From: Tubiluchus corallicola
Taxonomy: Eukaryota; Animalia; Priapulida
Length of the DNA stretch: 64,000 nt
NCBI GenBank assembly: GCA_030141605.1
Contig: JAQGDQ010000089.1
Coordinates: forward strand, 124,001 to 188,000
Reading direction: 5' to 3'
The position numbers and the translations under genes are program-made. This document shows, piece by piece, positions 1-20,400 of this stretch (the first letter of the stretch is position 1; each line of letters opens with the position of its first letter). The notes beneath the pieces are model-generated. The model had not been told where the DNA came from and made no database searches. It saw only the letters and a program-made list of their open reading frames with translations.

Positions 1-432
1 AAATGTGTATTGACGTACATGTTAAGATTGTTGATGACCAAAAATATTTGGGTCACATCTTGAGCAACACATTATACGATAATCTTGATATTAAACATCA
101 ACCAGGTTTATTACGTGCAAGAACCAAGTGTATTAGTGTATTATTAGGACATCAAAAACTGTTCTGATGATGTTAAGAGAAGACTTTTTGTGGCATTTTG
201 TACACAGTTTTATTGTAATAGCCTCTGGTTTAATCATGATAAAGGAAATACTGAAAGATTGTGTATTACCTATAATAATGCCTTTACTGGACTTTTTAAC
301 ATTCCTAGTCGTTGTAGTGCAAGCCAAATGTATGTTAGCAACAATGTTTTTGTAAACCAACTCTGTGTGTTTTACTTGTATCTTATTTTTATTCTTGTTT
401 CATGGACTTTAAATGTCTAAAAGTAAATAATA
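1..432 (+). mobile_element. Decayed non-LTR retrotransposon (L2/Daphne-like) RT C-terminal fragment in an ELP2 intron
   Basis: Frameshifted translations KIVDDQKYLGHILSNTLYDNLDI, CSDDVKRRLF and FCTQFYCNSLW...YNNAFTGLFNIPSRCSASQMYV resemble the YLG motif and post-RT region of CR1/L2-group LINEs. The clade is tentative. Confidence 0.65.
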
Positions 433-499
433 ACACAGCAAAAGTTTCAAATTCAGCATACCCCATTGCAAAATTAAACTGAGTAGTATTACGTCTTAC

Positions 500-8861
<8,362 letters not shown>

Positions 8862-8871
<10 letters not shown>

Positions 8872-8965
8872 TTTTGTCAATAACAGTAGAGATCAAAAGT
8901 TTGCGGTGCATCGCAAACAATACTTGCCCAGGGTTTCGCGTTGTGCTGTGCACGGCGACATAGTG
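8862..8965 (-). promoter_or_regulatory. ELP2 proximal promoter/5' UTR region
   Basis: CpG-enriched. A YY1-like AAAATGGCTGC overlaps the ATG, and a near-perfect 20-bp palindrome gtttgcggtgcatcgcaaac lies at 8899-8918. Confidence 0.45.
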
Positions 8966-9960
8966 TTACCTTACCTTATGCTACCTTATGTTGTTTTGTC
9001 AAAGTAATCTTCCAGCCAAATCGTGTATATATACATTCGTATCCGTATAGTTGTAGAAGGCCTTGGTATTGTACATTATCTCTTTCCCAACCTTCTCTTA
9101 AATACATCTACATCTGGTGCGCATACAACGTCATTAGGTAAGCTATTACATGCATCTACAAGTCTATGAAAAACGACTCAATCCTGTAGACTTATTATCT
9201 GAACTTGTATAAATTTGGTGAAGGGATGTAAACATTTTGCCAGCTTCAGCTACATCCCTGCATGCTGACTTTTTGCTTCGTATTGCTCAAAAAATCAGCT
9301 ACCCACGTAATTATATCTTCCTCAAAATTATATGCTCTCTACTTACACAACAGCCTTTTTTGGCACCCTATCAAATGCTTTTTGAAAGTCCATGTACACG
9401 TCATCCACATTTCCTCCACAATCCAGTGCTTCAGTCCACATCACCTTTATTTGTAAGAGCTGTAGGCTTGTTGATCGTCCTGTGAAAAATCCGTATTGCT
9501 TATTACTAATAAAATTGTTTATCAGCAGATCCTCCCGGGGCCAGAAAACGGTCCCTTAACAACTTCTCCATGGCCTTGCAAACAACACTTGTTAGAGATA
9601 CCAGACGACCGTTATTTGCCATTTTTCTGTTACTCTTTTTATATATCACAAATATTCTGGCTTTCTTTCCATTTTTGTGGTAAAACTCCTGCAACAAGCG
9701 ATTGGTTAAAACTCCTTGTTAGGGGCTTCTGCTAATTCTCTTAACAACCCTGAGTGTATAATTATGACATTAGCCTTTCTGATTTTGAAGTATTTCGCTT
9801 TTTCAACTGTTCTTCCACCATTTCCTTCTTAATTTGTAACTGTTGCATACCATGAACCGGGCTCCTTCTGGTGTGTCCTGACACGTAAAAAAACAGTACC
9901 TCTTCTGAAGTGATAGGGGATCTGAAAGCAGAGTATCTGCACAGTTCGAGCAAGATTGCT
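8966..9960 (-). mobile_element. Decayed, internally deleted CR1-type LINE (RT and 3' end)
   Basis: Minus-strand translations IYKKSNRKMANNGRLVSLTSVVCKAMEKLLRD (CR1 YRPVSLTSV.CK.ME motif), MDFQKAFDRVP and WVADFLSNTKQKV. A (TAAGG)-like tandem tail sits at ~8966-8990. Confidence 0.85.
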
Positions 9961-11211
9961 TAATTGCTATTATTACTGAGTTACATGTCCCCTACTTGAC
10001 AAATTCCTGACAACAATTGCTGACGAAATAACTTTTTCAAATGATGTCAAAGCTAAAAATGTTAATCAATAATATTATTACTTCATATATTGCATCAGGA
10101 AAATAGGTATATTTTCTCCATGTTTTGTGTGTATCGTGAAAAGTAATGTAGTAGATCTGTTATTAATTTGAAAATTTTAGTTTGAACAGAAATGAAACTA
10201 CTGTTATGTTAACAGGCTCTGCGAATATTATCACATTATTGTACACTAGCATCCATCAACTTGTAAATTTCGGCATTTCCGTATTCAGTTATTGAAATTA
10301 CTACTTCTATGATTAATTTTGTATTTAGGGCTTTGCTGATGAGGGCATAAGGAAATGGCAAAACGTACAAATCGACGGGTGCTAATCGTGACTTAAAAAA
10401 ATGGTAAATTCTCAGTGGATATTGTAGCTGTTTTAGTTTTTGAAAAAAATGTAAAATATACATTGACCTAGCTGACTCGGTCAAACTCGACCAAGGTATC
10501 ATTAAGGTGGAATCGAGCCCGCACTTGCACATAGAAAGCAAGCATGGTACTTTATTAAGGAAGCTTAATAAATAAAGCATCTAGAGAAGATCGGAGGGGT
10601 AAAAAGCGGTCATTTATGCTTAACCCCTGTCCATGCTGTAAGCTGTAAGGCAATGTACTATATTCCATGGTATGAGGAAACATGCAAACCCACAAGAAAC
10701 CACCGTTTTGTAAGACCTGGCAATTTCCAGCAATATTTAAAGCAAAACATTCTAATGCTCAACAAGTTAATGCCACTTCATATACATGCCTTCCAAAAAA
10801 ATAATCATGCATCTGATAATTACTAATCCTGCAAACGATGCTCGAAGCCGCCAACACATACATGATTATCAGGTTTCCAAATCAAACATTCACTGCTCAA
10901 AGGATACAACACTATAGAATACATATAAGCGATATTACACCCAGTCTATAACTTTAGTTAGTTCGAAATAGTCTTGGTAAAATATGGCGACAACAGTGTT
11001 GGTATACAACACATGTTGAATACGTAGAGACCAAACATTGCTTAAGATTTCCTGTTCTTAAACAGCACTGTCGTGTGAAGCAATGGTTTCCTGTGGACTC
11101 TTTCCTCATTTTCACAAACAAGTTTGTAAATAGTCTGCTGATTTGACCAACATAGTCTAAAACATTTTGAAAACAAAAAATTGCTGAAATTCAAAATCAT
11201 TAACACATAAG

Positions 11212-11217
11212 TTTATT
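11212..11217 (-). terminator. Candidate TDG polyadenylation signal (AATAAA), implying a ~3.3-kb 3' UTR
   Basis: Minus-strand AATAAA followed by U-rich sequence. The interval 11200-14490 is U/G-biased on the minus strand and I saw no TE remnants in it. Other AATAAA candidates exist (e.g. ~12291). Confidence 0.4.
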
Positions 11218-14200
11218 TTCATGTTCACAATGTACTAAACAAACCTCTCTAAAGAGAATACAGTGTTCTAAAGTTTATGACAAAACACAAACTACTGATA
11301 AAAACTGCATACTGCTAAAATATCATACGTAACGACAAATAATATAGAAAAACAAACATTTGTATTTACATTTACAACACGGTTATCATACATTCGTGTG
11401 AAAAGAATCTGCTCACAGTAAACGCAGTTTCAGTCTTGTTTATGTGACAGTAAAGCTCGATGAAGATACAACAGGTCTTGTAAACAAGTGTGTAATGCAG
11501 AAATGGAGCAGTTAACCCATACCAACAATTTTATGTGAACAAACACAAAACTTGAACATCTGCACATAAAAAATAAAAAATGTAAAATTCAAGCAAATTA
11601 CCAAATATCTATTTGGTGAATATAACGGCAAACCTGTGAGTTATGCGGATCTGACCTCAAAAAATAAGAATGTCTACGTCATTACATAAAATTGAAACTG
11701 CTTTGCGTTATTTACATACTATCTAGTTCGAAAAAAGTTTGAGATATTTCACAGATAACAATGTTCACACGATAAGAGCACATTATTATGTACATTCATA
11801 TGTAAGATAATATTTAAATATACGACAAGACATTAAGTGTTTATACACAATCTTCTGCTAGATTTGATGTAATATAAAAACACTGTATATGTACAAAACA
11901 TAAAATAACTTACATTAAATTATGTGTGTTTACAGGGCTCTACAGGGAACATGAAACAGTAACTAGTCATTTGTACATGCTAGGCGTTTACATTAAACAT
12001 GAACAAAAAAGTTCTTGTTCAGATCAGCTATCTGAGCTTCAACATACAGAATTTATAAATATATTTTGCTTTTAGTTTACAAGGAAATCACTTTAACAAT
12101 GTAAAGATAGATTTATAAATACCACAAAACCCAGTTTCTGATGAGATAGTGTGTAAAGTATATCAAAATTTCAGTTTATGGCAGAAAAGTAAGGAAAAAA
12201 ATCATTCCACAGTAAACTATATAGTAAGATTTATCACTTACTGGTGAGTATAACTATAATTAATTAACTAGCAAATGCACATGCAACAATTTTATTTATT
12301 GCACTAACAATGCACTATCTAGCAAACAATAATGCCACTAAATGCTGTACTATACGTGAAAAACAACCACATTCAATCGTAATTATTTTAATGACAAACT
12401 AAAGCACTTTACAATAAGTAGACCTGTTTAAGCATGTTCAGACAAACAAGAACATAAGAATGCAAAAAAGCATAAAAGGCTTTAACAGGAAGACTATTTC
12501 TGCTACATAGAAAATACAATCACTGCAAAACGATTTGTCAGACCAATGTAATTTTCAGCTATTTTATCATCACAACGTTTTGTAAATTAACAAAACTTTT
12601 AACCAAAAAATCTTTTCTTTCTATGTCAGCAACATTATCCAGAAAAATAGGACAGTTGACGTTCTAGATGCCACAGAGCTGTCTAAAATGCAAATTTACA
12701 AAACAACTGATACAACTGTAAACACAACATTTCAAAGCACTATTTGCCACAAATAACTAAAAGCGGCTAAAAAGCAAATAATTGATAAGGAAAGCGACAA
12801 AAGAAAACAAAAAGAACGGCAGCCTAACTACAGACAACAATGATAAAGAAGCCACTATGAGAACTTTTTTGTGACACGGACATCAGAAGAAAACGATGTT
12901 CACTGCTGTCCATTGTGGATAATTAACCAAAAAAAATTTCGACTTCATGGAAATTGATAAGCACTTTTTTGAGAAAGGAGAATTATTTCCAAGGTATACC
13001 CTTGTTGACCAAAATTAACAAAAGCCTGGCCAATAATTGGATGGGTGATCACTCGGTTCAGTTCTCATTCAGGGGTGTCTCATCTGTCATACTGTCTTTA
13101 GCTGCCTCTCTCATTGAGGGATGGCATAAACCCATCCAAACGTGGCTAAGGCACTTTCACTCACTTAACAATTTTTCTTAAGGGATTATAATTGACAATA
13201 AACCAGATTTTGATTCCATATGGCAAATACATCAATAGAAATTACAGATTTATAGCTCCTGGTAAAATGATTACCTTAACCAAGAAAATGCAATATAACA
13301 ATTATTAAGTTACGGGACAGTTGTGGGTCTCCTTAATGGCCAGGAAAAAATAATGAAACTAAAAATGACGTACGCAAATCAATAATTATTAACGAAGCAA
13401 CAAAGTGATATAAGTAAACGAGTTACGAACAACTTTTGATTACTAATCCTTCAATATCATAATCTGTCTATGTGTCTAGCTAGAGAGCCAATTTTGTAGT
13501 AAACATAAACAATACGTTGTAAAAATAACTATTTTAAAATAGCATGATTTTCACCCTATTCTACCTACAATAATTAATTAAAAACAATTATATTACATAT
13601 GTCAGAAATGGATAATTAAAATAAAAACAATATAAGGTATATGAAAAACAGTAAAAATCATTTTAGCAGTTGTTATAACGTCTAAAATAAAGTTCTTAGC
13701 AAACCTTTCTACATAAATAAATGAGAAGCTAGGTTGCAATCGAATGTAGTCACATGGCAGCCACACAATATTTTACGTCATAACTAAGAGATACAAAATT
13801 CATAATCAATATAATTAATTTAATCATTTATGAAACGATTAAAATAGTGGCCACTAATGGAGCTGTAACCTACAATTCTTATAAATAACTGTATATATAT
13901 AACAATAAGTAAGTGCTTCATTAAGTAATTAAAACCCTGTATAATGCAGCTACTCTACATAATTATTAGTGTCTAAAAACAACTAACCAGCCTGCACAGA
14001 GACCGGATTAAACATAAATATACCAAACATTTATAATTTAACAACAATAAAAATCAACTCGAGATCACATAATACCAAATCTCAAAAAAAATTTACAACC
14101 TGGGAAGCCTACAACAACTATACAACTACAGAAGAACTAAGAAACTTAATTAACATTACACTGGGCATTTTGAATAACCTGAACACAACTAAATAGCAGC

Positions 14201-14491
14201 AATTAGGCATAAACGAAAAATTCTAGTAGTAGCTGCACTGAAATTTTAAAAATACGATTTAGCACTCAGGGAACTGCCTCAAACAGTTCTAGGATTATCT
14301 GTGAATTTTGATTTTTCTGCTACTATTTGATTTTTAACTTGCATAGTCTACAAAACAGAGTTTCAGATATTGCTTTGCCAGAAGTTTAAAAAATATCAGT
14401 ACTCAATATGACTGCGCGATAAAAGACTGTCTTTGTGCAGGGGTGCATAGACAAAGTAGTTAGATTTAGGAAAGGAAAAGCACATTTGCTG

Positions 14492-17400
14492 TCAGTAAGG
14501 ACAATGGCCAAAGTAACTTGGTTCTTGTTTCATTCTCATGCTAGGAATTGCAGCCATTTGTCCTCCACCATAGTACCCACTAGTCATCCCAGTTTCTGGA
14601 CCATACATTCCAGTGGGATAGCCAGCCGGATAAAGAGAATGAGCTGGATTTGAGGGATGGGGATAGCCTGGATATTGATTGTGAGGGAATGACATCTGGG
14701 TGGAGTGGGGGCCAGCATGGGGAAGATAGAGAGGATTGGGATTGTGGGAGTATGAAGGAAGATGAGGAGAGATCATGCTTTGAGCTCGACTAAATGAGCC
14801 TGTTGCCGCAGCATGCAATGAGTATTCTTTCTGGTGGGGAGACATTCCTAGAAACGACGAGCTAAACGTACTGCCCGGGTTTGGAGAGTCAATGTAAGTA
14901 GGATTACTGTATCCGTGGGCATTAGCAAATGGTGGACTCAGTACGGACCGTTGAGAAGCAGTAAAACTTGGCGTTCCAAATGACGGTGAGTTGAATGTGG
15001 TCGTTGTCAAGTGAGATCCTAGTGCTGAAGTATTAGATGGGTACATACCATAAGCAGCAGAGAAACTGTCCATGCCACTTTCATAATTCTGATTAAGAAA
15101 TGGTGGTCGGCCATCAGATTTTAAGCCTGGCAAACTGCTATATGCCGTACCAAGAAAATCCGGAGAAGTGGGTTGGCTGGCGGTTGGGCTCGTACTTCTA
15201 TTACTGTTAGGTGCACTGCTTGTACTGTTGGCTGGCAAGTAAGTAGGTGACGTTAGTGAGAAGCTAGGCTGTGAGGTAGGCGTGGCATGGCTAATACTAG
15301 CATCAGACAAACCATAACCATCATCATCCCACGTTGTCTCTTGCTTAACGTGGAAATGGTTAAATGTCTTCTCTCCGATCTTTTCATTGGTAGCATGGTC
15401 GAGCGCAGAATCATTTAACTGCGACTGTTTTCCTGTAATCTCCGCGAGTTCGTTATTGTCAGCACTTGTTTTGCCCTGCTGCTGCTGTTGTTTCTCCTCT
15501 TTCGCTATCATTTCTTGCAACTCTTTCTCGATCTGATCGTCTCGTAATTTCCAATCGGGAGGATCAATACTAGAAGCTCGGAGTTCCGTTGCACCAGTCT
15601 CGTGAACAGATAAATTCTGAGAGCTCATCTCTTGACCGCTCATCCCCTGGGGGGAAATCTTCGGTGCATTTAATTCCATGTTGTTCAAATCTCTGCCACT
15701 TATATCTGTTAGATTTTGAGCATTTAAGTCTGACTGTGTGTTCAGATGATGTGCACTGGTGATGTTCGGAAGCTGCTGTAGCTGTGAAGGTTGTAAACTA
15801 GATTCACCACTTGACAAAGGATTCTCTTCTTGTCGTATGGTCACTTCGTCCTTTTGGAAGTCATCTAGTGCTAAATCGTCTAAACCACCGCCATGCTCTG
15901 ACTCCAACGCCAAGTCTTTTAGACCGCGTTCGTCTTCGTCGTCATGAGAATCATGTAGGTCATGAGTCACATCACACATTAGAAGCCTGGAACCTGGAAG
16001 TGCAGGTGGCAACGCTACAGGACCTGCAAATAAAATAAATGTTATTACTTATAGGCCTGTCCCTGAATGGTATAAAAGTTTTGCATCACATATACGACCC
16101 GTTCGGCCTACGAGTACCTGGACCACAAATGTGTCATAAAGCCTGTATACTACAAAGAAAGAGCCTATATACACAGGCTGATGAACCAGCCAATGTTTTT
16201 GCACTATACTAGACTCAGTTGAACACGGTGTACACAAGGAGCTAAAATGTTTCATATTTATGTTTGAACTTGAGCGCACTTGAGTAGTAGTTGAGCTGCT
16301 TCAGTACAGTAGGCAATGGCACATTTTAACCAATGGCAGACCTAAATTACTGTTATGCTCAATCAGTGGCACCAGGCACATTTAACTGGATTTAATAACA
16401 ATTAATCAAAAATGATCCAAGCTGTTCTAAGGTGACATTTAGAAGAACCATGTAATAGATGTCTTCTATTGTTCTTAAACTGCAAAATTAGATCTTGTGT
16501 TTTACCCAATCAGAAATGTACGGTCTTCGTAAAGTTGGAGATATCACAATATGCATCACAGCCATGTGAAAATTGAGAAATCTACCATAGTCCTGTAGCT
16601 GTACAGAAGCCGACTGCCTTGCAAGTTTACCTGTATAACTATAACCTCAACATCCGAAGCTGTAACTACCATTTTTTATCCTATCCGCACTGCCTTGCAC
16701 AATGACATGGGCACTCAAGTAAAAATTTGGTAGTATCTTGTTATTTGTTTTGTTTCATTTATTATGCGCGCACAATACGTGTTATATAATAATCTTTGAA
16801 TTATAATATGTCATATTATCACGTAATACTCTCAAACATTGAGATAATTACCATTCATGTTAAGGTTAACATTTTGTACAGCCATCTGGTGCTGAAACTG
16901 CTGCTCCTTTTCCAATGCCTTCCTTGCACGATCAGCCTCCATTTCCGCTTTTGTCCGCCGTTTTCGTTTTTTCTTTGGGCATCCAGTATTTTCCACGTTC
17001 TCTCCTGGCTCCTGCTTTACTTGGACATCATCATCCTGCCCAAACAAAATTCTCAACATGTAATTTAAAGGTTCAAGTAGCAAAACTATAGGACGGCAAA
17101 CTTCTGATCTGCTTTTATAAACATATGTACAACATCTGCGATTTAGTAAAGAGACAAATATTGTTTCTGGAAGTATTTTTTCAAAGAAATGTTAGCAGTA
17201 ATTGAGAATCGTTGTAAATTAGCTTATTATAGTCATCCTAATGGCTACTGATGGTTTTTAAAGGCTGAAGTAAGCTATGCTGTAAATGCACAAAAAGTTT
17301 GCTTCAAAGCAAAATGCTACCTGTTTTAATGTAAAGCAGTTTCCTGACAGTCAAATGTGTTAGATGAATATCAAAAAGATAATACAACTAGAAGAATAAA

Positions 17401-20400
17401 AATAGATAATCTTTAACAACTGCAGTACAAGAAGTTTCAATAATTGACAAGTTTTACTAAATAAGAAATATCAGGCTTCATAGCTAATTTATTTATTTAC
17501 CATTTATTCTTAAATAATAATCTGCACTAGCAAAAATTGAGGGACTAACTTTGACAATTACAATTTCGATTCTCCAACATCTCAAAAAAGAGAGTATTAT
17601 AAAATGAAACTTTAAATTTATCATATTCATCATAAATTCGTGTTAATATTAATAAGTGTTAATTGTTATGACTTATTATAAATGAATTACCAATGGCTCT
17701 GCTTTTAATTTGACGTTGCCATTCTCAAACTGTCCAAGTTTGCACTCAGACCATACTATGTCAGTCTCATCAAGGTGAGCTCTTCTACCGCACAGGTAGT
17801 CTCTCAATTTTTTCAATCCCATGTAAAACGGAACCTTGTCTATTGCACGAGGCAACTGCGCGCAGCGGGCACTGGAAGATGGCATCACATATATCACCTG
17901 GAAGCATCACATGTGAAAATTAATAACAAGCACACGATACTAGACACAGACATGGCAAATATTACAAATGCTAAGCAATAACTATTCGAAATCAAATACT
18001 ATGTTATGTACTTACGGTGTTGGTCCCTTCAATAGGGTGGGGTTGTTTTCCAAACTGGTTAAGTTTTACTCCACTATAAATCTCATAGATACCTAAATAA
18101 GAAACAATGCTGGACAAATTTTTGGAGATTAAAGACATTGAAAAGTTCTGCAACATTCACCTCCATGAATTAAATAGTCAAATTAAAAGATAAATTCTGC
18201 ATGAGGGCTTTTTAAGGACGGCTTTCTAAACCAAGTTAATGAAATAAAAATAATTTAAAGCAAAACCGGACCCAATCTTAAACTGTAGGTCAAAACGATC
18301 TGCTCTTTAAAATATTGAAAATGAATGCACTATTTTTTCAAAAATGACTCAAGACATCCTTAGCACTAAATGATACAAATTAAAAAATATGTGCAGTAGA
18401 ATGTAATGCAAATGATCACCATGAACAGAATTTGATGAAAGCATTGAGCTCCTTCTGGAATGCATAAACTCAGTTGAATTAATCTGAATTCAGTTGTCTA
18501 CCACACAGGTCACAGGCTATCCAAACTTTATAATTTTTGAATACTGTGTAATGACTATGGCATCACAGTAACCATGACATCTCTGTTTATGATGTCAAAG
18601 ATAAGAAAGCAATTTTGTGTCTAATTTACACAGTAAAGATATTAAAAGTAGACTGCGATCTTCTGTAAATTCAAATTTGGAAAAAGAGGTTAAATATGAC
18701 GTTTAGTAATTTGTGCATCAGAACCAGTTCAGATCATGGCAAGAATCTCTGAATCAATACATAGTAAAACTGCAGTGGACTAATACCTGAGATGAGGCTT
18801 TTGCACTCGATTTTTAGAATAGCAGGATTTTTTTTTGCAATGGATTTATAGACAGGCAAAAAGGGTTCAAAAGCTGGCCGGCAGGTTAGCAAAACACTGG
18901 ATGCAAAGAACTGCTTACCGGACACAAAAATTGTAAGTAATGCATTTTAATTAAATGAAATTAAAAAAGAACTTTCATCTGAAATGAACATTATGAAAAG
19001 TCGAGTAATACACACCTTTGCCATTGAAGGCAGCTATCTTTGGTTTATAACTTCTAATTTTGCAAAGCAACAGTTCGCCACCTTCTCGAATCTCTTGACT
19101 AAAAAGACAAATAAAAACACGTTAAACCAGTAAACTAATAATGAACTGAGAACTCATAATAGCACAAAATATAACAGGTAGTCTCGACTTACGACTATGC
19201 TGCAATTGTAACTGTTTGATTTCATGACCCGACCACAACTTAATTAATCAAGTTTAAGCTTATTTTACTGTTCTAAAGCGGACTATCCATATCTATATGC
19301 TCCAGTATGCTTTACAACAGTTAAAATTGTAATATTACATATTAAGACAATAAATTTACATAAAATTATAAAATGTATAAAGTGGGACCAAAATACATCA
19401 AAAAAATAAAACAGTTAAAACCAGCAAGTTTTCAATTTAGATTAAAATATCAAAAAACTTGCATTACGAAGCTAAAAAATCTCGAAGAAGCATGCAAACA
19501 TTTCAAACAATCAAACAGAGCTAAGGGTATTTGCTTCTTTTTTAAGCCAATTAATTTTAATCGCTATCTGTTTCAATACATTCATCAGCAGGCATCGCCA
19601 TACTTACACACGACAGCTTGCAGGCAGGGACGCACCACTTGAACATGCAGGTCGAAACCGACTGTGATCGTAAGTCAAATTGTACTATACATTATACATA
19701 TAATTGCAAATAGTTTTTAAATTGCAAGGCACCTGTACTTACCGTTTCAAGTCGGCACTACCTTTTGTACAACGCTCAACTATGTTGGTGAAGCCAATAC
19801 CATGCTGAATGAGTTTATAATCATCCATAGCATTCATAGGCTCAGGTATTAATCCTGACAGATAGAGACACTTCCCTGTAATGATAATGAAGCATGCTGG
19901 ATAGAAAAAAACGAACAATGACAACTGTGGTAAATAGTGTTCTGAATAACATTTTCAAGCAGTCTGGCAGAAATACCTCAATAAGTGAGTAACCAACTGC
20001 TTCATGTTCTGGACTAATTTTTAAACATCATACAAAGAATTAAACTACTAAGCCTCCAATTTCTTTACTGAAGATCCATTTGAAGTGAATCTGACTCATA
20101 GAACGCACATGGTGCAGTACAAAAAGCCAACTAGTAAAAAATTGAAATGTTGCAGCAGGTGCAATGTAGCACTAGCACAGCAGCAGAAAACTATAATGAC
20201 TCAAAATACTCACAAAAATGATTTCCAGGACCAGCGTAATGGTGTCCTTTATATGCAGCAAACAACCCGGGATTTATACCAATCTAAAATAATAAGAGAA
20301 AAAATTTTAAGAAAAATACCAGTAAATGCAAAATCAATCAACCTGGTTAGACAAATAGAAGAATTTAAAATTACACACACTGTCATTGGATTAACACACG

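Noticed and set aside
14405-14494. TDG stop codon in a leaky TGA-C context followed by a short open frame
   Set aside because: There is no supporting structure, SECIS-like element or conservation evidence; such open frames occur by chance.
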